Source: a virus. Taken from it: a stretch of DNA of 64,000 bases. Within the stretch, counting starts at the first letter, position 1. Every line of letters starts with the position of its first letter. Made by a program: the position numbers and the translations under genes. Positions 30,472 to 39,942 of the stretch are shown piece after piece. Where the stretch lies: positions 31,419-95,418 of IMG/VR virus record IMGVR_UViG_3300009151_000043. One strand, given 5' to 3'. Under the pieces are notes generated by a model, which made no database searches, was not told the origin of the DNA, and saw only the letters and a list, made by a program, of their open reading frames with translations.

Positions 30472-30909
30472 TTAGCCGTTATGGATCACGGCAAATGTGA
30501 ATGTAAAATGTCCCATAATATCCATCTCACTAACTATACTCAGCTGAGCACTGGTAATCACAGCTCTAACTGTGGCGCCACCCACACTTATTTTTGTAGC
30601 CTTCCCTACAAGCCCCTTATAAACACCACCGAATTTTCCTGCACCGGGCATATCTCCACGACTTGAGCAGTACGCTGTTCCCTGTACTTGTACCGAACCT
30701 ATTGCCTGCCCGAAATGGATAAATTTCGTGGCGTCATCAAACGTAAGAAAAAACTGCATAGTCTCCCCCATTTGAACACTGACGCTGTCGTAGATGGTGA
30801 TGCCTTGAACCATAGAGTCTATACCGCTAATACTAACCAGCCCAGAGCCACCTCCGGTACCGTTTTGGAATATGTCTTTTCCTCCTGATGTGATTAATGC
30901 TGCACCCAT
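30472..30909 (-). CDS. Tail-tube-like / tube initiator protein
   Basis: 145 aa, beta-rich; QFFLTFDDATKFIHFGQAIGSVQVQG; directly after the tape measure gene. Confidence 0.55.
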   Translation of the reverse strand: MGAALITSGGKDIFQNGTGGGSGLVSISGIDSMVQGITIYDSVSVQMGETMQFFLTFDDATKFIHFGQAIGSVQVQGTAYCSSRGDMPGAGKFGGVYKGLVGKATKISVGGATVRAVITSAQLSIVSEMDIMGHFTFTFAVIHNG

Positions 30910-30918
30910 AATATATTT

Positions 30919-33900
30919 TTAATTTAATGCGGTAGCTAAGTCGCTTAAAGCTCGTGTTAATGCTCCTGTGTTTAATGCCTGAATCAGACCCTCAAAAAGT
31001 TTGGATATATCTCCACCACCGCCACTAGTCAGAAGACCTGTGCTCCCTCCGGAGGATACGGACTGCCCTTTGGCTGCAGCCTTTTCTTTGTCGCTGTTGA
31101 TATAGTCTTTCGTTCTGCTCATTTCCTTGTCCAGCCTGCTGAACTTCTCTGATTTCGCTTTTGAGTCCATGCCTTCAAAACGACTGAAATAGTTATTTTC
31201 TTTGTTTTTAGACGGGTCCGCGCGGTCTTTCATCATCTGCTTAACGCCGCCTTTATCTTTATAGAAGTCTAGAGCTTCTTTTATAGTTTCTCCTCCTGAC
31301 TGCTTGGCATGAGTCTGCAGCCGCTTGTCTAACCCAACCATTCTTTTTTCTTCCAGCGCTGAACGCTTGGCTTCTATGTTCGAGGTTGCTTGCGCTTGTA
31401 CCGTGCTTGCCGCCTGCGAGCGTACGGTACCTTCCTTGGCCAGAGCCCAGGATTTTTCATCTGCCATGGCTCCGGTGCTTTCGTTTAGTTCAAGCCCTTC
31501 CATCTCTTCTTTTTCGTCAGCTTTCAAATCTTTAGTATCTCTCAAGGTCTCTAGTCTTTGTCTAGCCTCTAACGCTGTTCCTCCTTTGATCTTGGCTGCT
31601 TTGCGCGCTTTCTCATACTGTTCATCGGTAAGTCCCTTTTTAGATAAAGTGGCTAGGGTCTTTGTTGCTGCAGCCTTGTCTCCCTCTGAGGCTGAGTCGC
31701 TCTTGAGTGTCTCTTCTGCGCTCGTTCGACGATCAGCTATGATCTTATTCATCTCCTTACCCATACCTTTTTCCATGAGCTTTTTGTCACCATGTTCTGT
31801 GCCGCTAAGCTCAGCTATCTTGCCCCCTGCCTCTCTCGCGTCCTGCATAGCTTTCTTGCTCTCGGTAGACATTTTGTCGTCTGTCGAGAAGACCTTTGCG
31901 AGATTCTCGGCAGCCCCTTCTACCCCTTTACCAGACGCTATCGCGCTAGTCATCTGTGTAATTAAAGGAGAATTCGCGGAGTCAAATTCTTTTGCTGTTA
32001 CGGCCTCGTCTTTAGCTTGTTCCTGTACGGTGGTTTTAAACTCATTTTTTTCCGCCTCGGTTTTGCCGGACATGAGCAAATGGTTTTGAATCATCCTCCT
32101 CGACTGTCTATACTCTTGCTGCTGCCGTGGTGTGCGGAGCTTTGTCATAATTTCTCTTTTTTCAAAGTCAGCATAGCTTTCTCCCTTTGCTTCAGACTCT
32201 TTATACTTTTTAGTCAATGCCTCGTCACTAAGTCCCTTAACCCTTCTGTTATGTGCGAAGAAACTTTTAACTACTGAGTTCTCTGCCGCCTCACCAGTTG
32301 TTGAGCTGGCTATATCCTCATCTTCAAACCCCTCTTGCTGCAGCATCTTGTTGTTTCCTATGTTCAAGACTTCCATAGCTGTCTTGCCTCCCATCAATTT
32401 ACCTATCTCCGAGGCTCCGCCAGTACTAAATTCGTGGGCAGTCATTCCTTGAGCAAACCTTTTTTTAATACCTTCATAACCCTCTGTTCCTTTAGATGCA
32501 GCTAATATTGCTGACTGGAAGCCGCCCATACCTGTCTGCGCGAAATTTAGAGATTCTTTGACGTGCTCTGCTGCCAGCCCTTGCGCGCCTCCTGCAGCTC
32601 TATAATCCGCATCACTCATATTTGCACTCATTGTAGACGCCTTGCCTATAGCGTTCAGAGATAGCTCAGCTATACTGCCTGAGTTCATTCTTTGTAGCTG
32701 CGGGTTGCTTTTGGCTAGATCTTTTCCTGACTCCATCAACCCTGTGATTGTCTCATTGCTTACCCCAGCCACCCTAGCGGTGGCATTCATCCTACGCAGT
32801 CTGCTTTCCATTTTACTAACCTTGATAGTGTCTCCTGGATTCCCCAGGTTTTCGTCTTCCTTAGTAAGATCTACTGCACCGGCTCCAGCCACATTACTCA
32901 TCTGCTTTACTAGCTCGTCTGTAGAACGATTTCCAAAAACTGCTCTGGCTGCGCTTAAAGAACCCCCAGCCTTCTCTGTAAACTTACCAAGCTCATCTCC
33001 GTAATCTTTACCACGTTGATCTCCCAGCATTCTTAGCTTACTTGCTGTAGAAAAGCCTTTCTCGATTTCTTCGAGCTTAAAGCCTCGTGTGTTAGCAAAA
33101 TTGACACCATTATATTTAAACCCTGCTTTCTCTGCTGCCTGACTTTCTTGACCTTTCTTGTCCAGGTAATCGTCTTGGGCTTGGTGTGCGACGTACGTCT
33201 TGGCCTTTTCGATATTCAGATTTCCTTTTTTATCGATCATTCCTCTTTCTTTAAGCACTTTGTTGGCTTCCCCCATATCTACTTTTTCTGGAGAGGATAC
33301 TTCTTTACCTAAAAAGTCTGTGCTATGTGCATGTATAAGCTTCTTTATGGCTGACTCGTTCTTATTTTTCTGCACGTCTTTTTCATCATCTCCCTCTCTT
33401 GAGGCTGCAAGATCGTCAAGGCTCTCGTTGATATTTACCGCCTGCTTCTTTCTTTCATAGCTTCTGGAGGCCAATTGTCTACGACTAGACTGTCCACCTT
33501 CTTCCTCACCCTCGTTGGGGAGTTGTCCTTCTTTGACCATACCTGGCAGATTCTTGACCTTCTCATAGTCTATGGTCCCTGCGTTGTTTTTATACTTATC
33601 TATTTGCTGCCCGGACATACCTAGGGTTTTAAGCTTCTCCTCCAATGCGTCACTATTTTTCTGTAGGTTGGGATTGTCTGCTTTGTCTCTGTTCCCTAGA
33701 TAACGCTCTACCTTCGCCATATCTACTTCCCCCCGCGTCTTCACACCACCAATATCATTGGCTGTTGCGCCATACTTTTTCATCTCCTGCTCAAAAGATT
33801 TATTGGCTTCTTTCTTTTCTTCAGGAGAAGCGGAAAGTAATTTTTGGGCTTTTTCAGTTATTGCCTCTGTGCGTGAGCCTGCCCGCTCAGCTACAGCCTT

Positions 33901-35514
33901 ATCTAGCTTTTTTTTATCATACGTGTCTTCAAATGCATCGAGGTGCCTTATGTCTGCTTCTGAGCCATAGAGATCTTTATACTTCTCGTTGAGCTCGCCT
34001 CTGGCTTTTCTTTTCTCGTTCCAGGAAGCGGCTCCTCCCAATTTGACAAACGAATCTTGCAGTGCGGCGTTTTTTTCTTCTCGAAATTTATGAATTTTTT
34101 CTGCGTCATAGGAACCGTCCCCTTTATCTGAAAGGAACTCGTTCATATCTTTTCCTGCACGCTTAACAGCTCCTTCAAACCGCTGTTTATCCTCCGGACG
34201 GAGGGTGCGCTCCCCGTTAAGCTCTCTGGCTGCGGTCTCGCTTCCGGACTTTAATAATTCGCTGATATCTTCAACTCTGCGTGGGTCTATTTGACCCTTC
34301 TTTATTCTGATAGAATTATCCTTGTCGTCCAACAAGTCACCAAGCCCTTGGCTACGTAAAGTTTTTTCAAATTGCTGCGTGGCTGTCTTTTTTTCAGCAT
34401 CTGAAATTGCCTGCTGTGTCTGTTTAAATTCTGTGTTAAGTTGTTCTTTTGCGGCGGCTTTCCCGCTGAGTTTGTCTACACTCTGCTGTAGGTCATCTGC
34501 CAGCTGCGTAGAGGCATCCTGCGACTCTACCGAAGGATCTACCTGGCCATTCTTTCTATACTCAGTAAGAATATGGTTCAGCTTAGTCTGACTTATCACA
34601 CCTCCAGCTCCCCTGGATTGCTCTATCTGGTCTTTTGTAGCAATTCTGAAAGCTTTGAGCTGCTTTTCAAATCGCTCATTTAACGCTTTTTGTGTTTCCC
34701 GGTCGCTCTGTTGCAAAACGTTGTCATAGTTCTTTTGCATCTGGGTCGCCTGCTTGTCCTTTATACTGTCTTGTTTTTTACTGTCAGTACTATCTGTAAC
34801 ATCAAACTTCGATATTTTGCTTTCAAGCCTCGAGCGCGCCTCGGTGGTCAAATCTCCCTTCTTGGCTCCCCCCTCCACATCCTTCTGCACAAAGTCTCGC
34901 TCAGCTAACTTTTCGCCTGTGAGGTCCGCCAGATACTTAGCGCCAGTGCGCCCTTCGTTTAGTTTACCCTTTAAAAACTTTTGAGTCCCACTGCGTATTT
35001 CTTCTCTACCTCCTCCAGGGCCCTCATATTGCTGCGTTGTATAAAACTTTTGAGCCATTTTCTGCATGGCTCCTTCCGTTTCCTCAGATGATATGTTTGA
35101 CGTTCTTCCGAAGGCTCCTGTAGCGTCCCTGCCTGCCATGCTGGCGTACATGTGCATCGACGCAGCCATTGGGTTGCCTCCTAGTACAGGAGATACCATT
35201 TTCGCTATAGCGCTGTCAGGTGAGCCGGCTAGTGCTCCTGCAAGCTGGCCCTGTTGTCGAGTGGCTCCCAGAGCACTCATCAGTGGACTATCTGCAAAAG
35301 AAGAGTTCTTAAGCTCCATGAAGTGTGCAGACCTCTCTCTTTGCAAAAAGGCGTCATGCATCGACTGCCCGTTCTGGGGCTGAGGCATATAATTATGCCC
35401 AGAAGCCATCACACCCATCAAATTTAGCAATGGGTTACCGTAATTTCGCCCCATGTGCGAATAGGACGAAAAGGTAGAGTTCGCGCCAAAAGGTATTACG
35501 TCATCTTCAGCCAT
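30919..35514 (-). CDS. Tail tape measure protein
   Basis: 1531 aa, K/E/A/G-rich and helical, directly downstream of the frameshift-linked chaperone pair. Confidence 0.8.
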   Translation of the reverse strand: MAEDDVIPFGANSTFSSYSHMGRNYGNPLLNLMGVMASGHNYMPQPQNGQSMHDAFLQRERSAHFMELKNSSFADSPLMSALGATRQQGQLAGALAGSPDSAIAKMVSPVLGGNPMAASMHMYASMAGRDATGAFGRTSNISSEETEGAMQKMAQKFYTTQQYEGPGGGREEIRSGTQKFLKGKLNEGRTGAKYLADLTGEKLAERDFVQKDVEGGAKKGDLTTEARSRLESKISKFDVTDSTDSKKQDSIKDKQATQMQKNYDNVLQQSDRETQKALNERFEKQLKAFRIATKDQIEQSRGAGGVISQTKLNHILTEYRKNGQVDPSVESQDASTQLADDLQQSVDKLSGKAAAKEQLNTEFKQTQQAISDAEKKTATQQFEKTLRSQGLGDLLDDKDNSIRIKKGQIDPRRVEDISELLKSGSETAARELNGERTLRPEDKQRFEGAVKRAGKDMNEFLSDKGDGSYDAEKIHKFREEKNAALQDSFVKLGGAASWNEKRKARGELNEKYKDLYGSEADIRHLDAFEDTYDKKKLDKAVAERAGSRTEAITEKAQKLLSASPEEKKEANKSFEQEMKKYGATANDIGGVKTRGEVDMAKVERYLGNRDKADNPNLQKNSDALEEKLKTLGMSGQQIDKYKNNAGTIDYEKVKNLPGMVKEGQLPNEGEEEGGQSSRRQLASRSYERKKQAVNINESLDDLAASREGDDEKDVQKNKNESAIKKLIHAHSTDFLGKEVSSPEKVDMGEANKVLKERGMIDKKGNLNIEKAKTYVAHQAQDDYLDKKGQESQAAEKAGFKYNGVNFANTRGFKLEEIEKGFSTASKLRMLGDQRGKDYGDELGKFTEKAGGSLSAARAVFGNRSTDELVKQMSNVAGAGAVDLTKEDENLGNPGDTIKVSKMESRLRRMNATARVAGVSNETITGLMESGKDLAKSNPQLQRMNSGSIAELSLNAIGKASTMSANMSDADYRAAGGAQGLAAEHVKESLNFAQTGMGGFQSAILAASKGTEGYEGIKKRFAQGMTAHEFSTGGASEIGKLMGGKTAMEVLNIGNNKMLQQEGFEDEDIASSTTGEAAENSVVKSFFAHNRRVKGLSDEALTKKYKESEAKGESYADFEKREIMTKLRTPRQQQEYRQSRRMIQNHLLMSGKTEAEKNEFKTTVQEQAKDEAVTAKEFDSANSPLITQMTSAIASGKGVEGAAENLAKVFSTDDKMSTESKKAMQDAREAGGKIAELSGTEHGDKKLMEKGMGKEMNKIIADRRTSAEETLKSDSASEGDKAAATKTLATLSKKGLTDEQYEKARKAAKIKGGTALEARQRLETLRDTKDLKADEKEEMEGLELNESTGAMADEKSWALAKEGTVRSQAASTVQAQATSNIEAKRSALEEKRMVGLDKRLQTHAKQSGGETIKEALDFYKDKGGVKQMMKDRADPSKNKENNYFSRFEGMDSKAKSEKFSRLDKEMSRTKDYINSDKEKAAAKGQSVSSGGSTGLLTSGGGGDISKLFEGLIQALNTGALTRALSDLATALN

Positions 35515-35516
35515 GG

Positions 35517-35960
35517 CTATTTTTCTTTATCTTTACTTGCAACTGCATCTGTGGAGTTTTTAGCTTCAGCTAAATATCCTTTAAGTCTGGCAATGTCTTC
35601 AGCTGTGAAATCTTTAGGGTCTTTTAAATCTGGGCTATCTCTTAGAGATGGTTGCTTATTTTTCTTCCGTTCCTCAATTTTATCTCTCTGCGATGCAGAA
35701 GGCAATTTGAATTCAATTAATAAGTTCAGCATATCGAAAAGCGCGTCGATCATGTCTTCGCTTTTTTTAGCTGCCCCTGCGGTAAGGGTAGTTTCTACCG
35801 ACAATTTAGCCGTCAGCAGTTCAGCGAGTCGTTGCTCTACGATGTAGTCCAACACCATCTCTTCTCGTAAACGAGAAGTGTCTGTAAGGTAATTGAATGA
35901 TAGCCAGCCGCGCAGATAGCCTTCAGTAAGACATTTTACGCGCTGGCTTTCCAAAAATTT
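35517..35960 (-). CDS. Tail assembly chaperone 'T' segment, probably expressed as a G-T fusion by -1 frameshift
   Basis: The ORF opens in the -1 frame at slippery A-AAT-TTT (35960-35954) and has only a TTG start. Confidence 0.75.
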   Translation of the reverse strand, partial: KFLESQRVKCLTEGYLRGWLSFNYLTDTSRLREEMVLDYIVEQRLAELLTAKLSVETTLTAGAAKKSEDMIDALFDMLNLLIEFKLPSASQRDKIEERKKNKQPSLRDSPDLKDPKDFTAEDIARLKGYLAEAKNSTDAVASKDKEK

Positions 35961-36496
35961 GGTGTCTGTACCTCGGATGCTAGCCTAACGACCTTTGTTT
36001 CAAACTTAGCAAAGGCATCCAAATATGCAGATAATTTTGGTGTAGCCCAATCAAACACTGGGAGGGATTTAGCCAGTACATATGTGTCTTTTGGATGACT
36101 AGGAGTGAATGTGTCTCTGGTTAATGCGGAGAACGGCTCACCATTAACAGCTATCAACGACACAGCCATACGGTAAGCAGATAATGTTACTAAATAAGCA
36201 TCATTATCTGCAGCGATACCATTCTTTCTATCTAAGCCGATCTGGTTCACCACGTCAGTGTTCTCTTTAACAAGCATCGATCTGAACGTGATGTTTAGCT
36301 GTCCGTCAAACAGCGGAACAGTTTCTTCATAAGGCTTGTCTGACAATATGCTTTTATAAAAGCGCTCTTTGTCTTCGCTAGATAAGGCGGGAGGTTTTGG
36401 GGTCTCTCTGTTCATCTCGATAGACGGGCTGAACAACGCTTCTGCCTCTTCTGTTACGATTGTTTCCTGTTCTTCGTCTTGCATAATTAGATCCAT
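35936..36496 (-). CDS. Tail assembly chaperone 'G'
   Basis: 186 aa upstream of the tape measure gene; ends ...TPNFWKASA over the slippery heptamer. Confidence 0.75.
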   Translation of the reverse strand: MDLIMQDEEQETIVTEEAEALFSPSIEMNRETPKPPALSSEDKERFYKSILSDKPYEETVPLFDGQLNITFRSMLVKENTDVVNQIGLDRKNGIAADNDAYLVTLSAYRMAVSLIAVNGEPFSALTRDTFTPSHPKDTYVLAKSLPVFDWATPKLSAYLDAFAKFETKVVRLASEVQTPNFWKASA

Positions 36497-38919
36497 TGTA
36501 TTGTGTACTTATTGAGTGATTCTAGCTTGAGTTTGCCTGGCTTTTTAGCTGAGTCTGCTTTATTGGACAAGTCTTTACCCAAACCATTTTTTTCTAGATT
36601 AGCAGGCTCTTCGACAGAATAATAGAAATATTCAAATAAATCTTTTCCTGGATATGGGTACGTATCGTTTACAGGCATCTCTTCCCACGGCTGCAGGCTG
36701 TACACTTCAGATAAAAGGTCATCTTGTTGTGCTAATGTGGCAGGGAATGCGTCCTCGAGTGGGATCTTTCGTAGACTTGGGTCCGTAGAATACGGAATCC
36801 CATACTTGTCAGTAGCTAGAAACTTGAACTGTAGCTTGTCAAAAGACTGTTCGTCTTTAAACGTGGTCTTATCAAGTACGTCTTTACGAGACTCTTTGGC
36901 TTCCTGTAACCATTTTGTCATCTCAGATACTTCAATAGCTCCCTGCAATATATCTACAAATGGACTATCCTTACTATAGCCTAACGCCAAGTTTTGATCT
37001 TTTTGTCCAAGAGCTGTATAGTTTGCTCCGGCCAGCATGCATCCTGAATCCGAAAGGACGGATACACTGCCTGAGGAATATATGTTTGCTGAGCCGTCTG
37101 AATACACCTGTAGCGCTTGCTTACCATAAATCGTGGCTGTGGTATTTGCTACAACATCTACTGTACCTATGGACTGCAGTAAGAGCTGAGATTTTGCGTA
37201 AAGCAGAATGTCTTTCTCTGCATAGCTGTATATCCCTAGCTTACTTTTAAGTACGATACCTCCTACATATTCAACAGCTTCTTTTTGAGGCTCTGGAATA
37301 CCTGCTGTATCTACCTCTCCCTTTGCCTCAAAGATTAAACCTCCGGTGTCACTATAAAAATATTGAGATTTGGAGGACTTCATCCTTACTCCTTCTTCTG
37401 AAGAAGAAAAGTCTATGCTCTTTTTACAGGCCATGTTTATGTGGCCTCCGGCCTTAACAATGTTGTTTCTTAAAGGCTGGGCAATCAGGTCTTTTGCTGG
37501 CTGAATATATACGTTTCCACCTTCCATTATGATTGCTGAATTCCAGGCATCACGGATAGTTATTCCGCCGTTGGGCATAAGATATATGCCTGCTGTGCGT
37601 AGAGAGTACTGTGATTGATTTAGCGGGGTTTCCGCATCTACTGTACCTACATTCTTTAGGTTAGTCTCATCATCTAGTTTATCGTTAACATAAAAGTCTT
37701 TTTCATGTGACTTGAAATTTTGGTAATTCAGTTTTTCATTAACATAAGCTACGTAATCACGTATTTGCAATCCGTACAAAAGGGGGTTGTCCTTGTATCG
37801 GAGGGCATTATTATTAAACTCGAACCCTTCCTTAAACTTATAGTCCAATTTTCTAGCGTCGTCTCCTCCGGGGTCATCTGGAGCAGCTTTACGTAAAGGT
37901 ACACGAATCCAGTTTGTCTTCTCGATGAATATTTCCTTTACGCTTCTTACATGAATACCTCCGTCAGTACCTAGGTGAACGTCAGCTAACCCTAGGTCAG
38001 GGTTTGTTATTTCTGTTTCTGGGTCATTAACTCGTAGTTCTGTTGGGTCTGGGCGCACCAAAAACATGTGTACGAAGTCCCCCACACTCCCCAGAAAAAC
38101 CTTAAAGCGCTCCACAGCCTTGACTCGCTCATCTACTTTGTCAGGGAATTCGTAGAAATCTTTGGAGTCATCGACTTTGTGTTCCTGGCCTTCTTCAAAT
38201 ATTTTCTTGTCTTTACCCTCTCCAGCTACTGCCGCTACACCATACGATTCTGATGGTTTGTGGGTGGCTCCAAACTCAGCCATGATCCTTCTACCGTCGT
38301 GGTAAATATTATATTCCCCTAGTACCGTGTAGTGTTGATAGTTATGGCTAATGATTCTAACCAAATCGTCGAGCAAGAAGCATTGAATCTGCGCAAGCTC
38401 AGACGCTTTGAGGTTGGCCATCTCCTGGTACAAACCTAGCAAAACACCAAACTCATTACTCATCACATATTCACCATCCACAACATCCCCTGGGCGTCTG
38501 TTGTCGTATAAAGAGGGAGTATTATTCTGGTGTCCTACTCTATTGGCTCCGTCCGCTAGTGCATTACCGGCCCCAAGCATAGCCCTGGCAGGTAATGACT
38601 CAAGTCTGTGGGTGGCTCGAGGCAGTGCCCCTATCACGTAACAATCGGATGCGGTGGAGGACACACATAATACTCTGACCCCTGGCTGCAATAGGCAAGA
38701 GTCTGAAAAGCCTAGAAATGCAGATATAGTAGACCCTACTACAATGCCTTGTTGCATATAACCAAGACCGCCTCCGCTAGTTATGCCGTAGTTCTCTCTC
38801 TGGATAGTCACAGTCCTAGATCCTGACGTAGATGTAATCACCACCCCTGTAAATATCTTAGAGTTCTGCTGCGCAGTTAAAGTTCGTGCGTGTGCTGTTG
38901 TTTTGTGTGGGTCGTCCAT
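36487..38919 (-). CDS. Putative baseplate central spike (gp5/VgrG-like)
   Basis: N-terminal OB-fold-like segment (QPGVRVLCV...YVIGAL) and C-terminal short beta-strand repeats typical of a beta-helix. Confidence 0.6.
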   Translation of the reverse strand: MDDPHKTTAHARTLTAQQNSKIFTGVVITSTSGSRTVTIQRENYGITSGGGLGYMQQGIVVGSTISAFLGFSDSCLLQPGVRVLCVSSTASDCYVIGALPRATHRLESLPARAMLGAGNALADGANRVGHQNNTPSLYDNRRPGDVVDGEYVMSNEFGVLLGLYQEMANLKASELAQIQCFLLDDLVRIISHNYQHYTVLGEYNIYHDGRRIMAEFGATHKPSESYGVAAVAGEGKDKKIFEEGQEHKVDDSKDFYEFPDKVDERVKAVERFKVFLGSVGDFVHMFLVRPDPTELRVNDPETEITNPDLGLADVHLGTDGGIHVRSVKEIFIEKTNWIRVPLRKAAPDDPGGDDARKLDYKFKEGFEFNNNALRYKDNPLLYGLQIRDYVAYVNEKLNYQNFKSHEKDFYVNDKLDDETNLKNVGTVDAETPLNQSQYSLRTAGIYLMPNGGITIRDAWNSAIIMEGGNVYIQPAKDLIAQPLRNNIVKAGGHINMACKKSIDFSSSEEGVRMKSSKSQYFYSDTGGLIFEAKGEVDTAGIPEPQKEAVEYVGGIVLKSKLGIYSYAEKDILLYAKSQLLLQSIGTVDVVANTTATIYGKQALQVYSDGSANIYSSGSVSVLSDSGCMLAGANYTALGQKDQNLALGYSKDSPFVDILQGAIEVSEMTKWLQEAKESRKDVLDKTTFKDEQSFDKLQFKFLATDKYGIPYSTDPSLRKIPLEDAFPATLAQQDDLLSEVYSLQPWEEMPVNDTYPYPGKDLFEYFYYSVEEPANLEKNGLGKDLSNKADSAKKPGKLKLESLNKYTIQWI

Positions 38920-38935
38920 GTGTAATTTAAAAACG

Positions 38936-38974
38936 AAAAGGCCTTAGTCTTAAGTTACAAGACTAAGGCCTTTT
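38936..38974. terminator. Intrinsic terminator after the tail tube gene
   Basis: Perfect 16-bp inverted repeat AAAAGGCCTTAGTCTT-N7-AAGACTAAGGCCTTTT; T-rich tail on the minus strand. Confidence 0.8.
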
Positions 38975-38978
38975 ATCA

Positions 38979-39000
38979 AGGGTTATTTTAAAATAACCCT
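38979..39000. repeat. Perfect 22-bp palindrome
   Basis: AGGGTTATTTTAAAATAACCCT is its own reverse complement. Confidence 0.85.
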
Positions 39001-39019
39001 GAATTTAAATACTTAACTA

Positions 39020-39412
39020 TTAACCACAAGTAATGCAGTCTAGCACAATATTGTCTACAATTGTGAGCCCTTCGACCTCTGCAACCACAGAATATTGCGC
39101 TCCTACGCAGCCTTCGCAACTTATGCTAACTCCGCCTTCAAAGCTGGCCCGCGAAGGACTGTCGTAACCAGGCATGGTGACGGAGCCTCCGTTCGTAACC
39201 ATACGTTGAATAGTGGCTTGGCCTCCTGGCTGGCAGGCCCATAAAAGAGTTCCTGCCCCACCTATCACTTTTCTTCTATTTACTTGCTGCTGATAAGTGA
39301 TGTTAGAGTTTATAGCTGTGCCGCTCATGCCTCCAACACTGACGTTGGCTTTGTGTGCAAGAACTGGCGTTATTGCCCCTGTATCTCCCCAGCCGTATAA
39401 TGATCCTGACAT
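39020..39412 (-). CDS. Tail tube protein
   Basis: 130 aa downstream of the sheath, with its own promoter and terminator. NITYQQQVNRRKVIG...GQATIQRMV tube-like pattern. Confidence 0.65.
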   Translation of the reverse strand: MSGSLYGWGDTGAITPVLAHKANVSVGGMSGTAINSNITYQQQVNRRKVIGGAGTLLWACQPGGQATIQRMVTNGGSVTMPGYDSPSRASFEGGVSISCEGCVGAQYSVVAEVEGLTIVDNIVLDCITCG

Positions 39413-39458
39413 ATATTTTATCTCTTTCTATTATTTATTGTTTTACTGTTTACTAATT

Positions 39459-39487
39459 AGTATATCTTAAAATCTTGAATCTTTCAA
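39459..39487 (-). promoter_or_regulatory. sigma70-type promoter of the tube gene, overlapped by an inverted repeat
   Basis: TTGAAA-N17-TATACT; inverted repeat AATCTTGAA-TCT-TTCAAGATT at 39471-39491. Confidence 0.7.
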
Positions 39488-39489
39488 GA

Positions 39490-39699
39490 TTATTTGTCAG
39501 CAAGCAAACCTAGCGCTCTTGCCATATCATCAAAATTTGGATCTTCGCCTTTGGTATACCTTACCCAGCCTTGCCCATCTCCGATTATGCGATAGATAAC
39601 ATTGGGCCTATCGTCATCGGAAGTTATCAGTAATCCTGTAGCCTTGTCTGTGTTTAACAATATAGGCTCTCTAAAATCCCCTGTAACTATGATCTTCAT
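39490..39699 (-). CDS. Hypothetical protein, 69 aa
   Basis: ATG overlaps the upstream TAA. Confidence 0.6.
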   Translation of the reverse strand: MKIIVTGDFREPILLNTDKATGLLITSDDDRPNVIYRIIGDGQGWVRYTKGEDPNFDDMARALGLLADK

Positions 39700-39938
39700 T
39701 ATAATTTAATCTGTTGAAAATGGCTGTCTACTTCGTGCTGTTTAAGTAGATCACTCAATTGATCTAGCTCTTCAGGATTTTCAGGATTTTCATTCTGTGC
39801 GGCTTCTTCTGGCAGCTTTTTAAACATTTCTTGTGTGCCTGGATAGTCTGACGCTCTTTTCAGAGTATGGGCTGCCTCTTCTGGAGACAACCCATACTCT
39901 TCAGCGTATTTTAAAAACCCCGCTTCGAAAGAAGTCAT
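39699..39938 (-). CDS. Small protein carrying the shared GFxKxAxEYGLS module
   Basis: MTSFEAGFLKYAEEYGLSPEEAAHTLKRAS. The ATG at 39938, just after the sheath stop, is preferred over the track's start at 39956. Confidence 0.7.
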   Translation of the reverse strand: MTSFEAGFLKYAEEYGLSPEEAAHTLKRASDYPGTQEMFKKLPEEAAQNENPENPEELDQLSDLLKQHEVDSHFQQIKL

Positions 39939-39942
39939 GCGA

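Noticed and set aside
31325-32089. 254-aa and other antisense ORFs within the tape measure, fibre and head genes
   Set aside because: These S/L/F-rich translations are typical reverse-frame shadows of K/E/A-rich genes.
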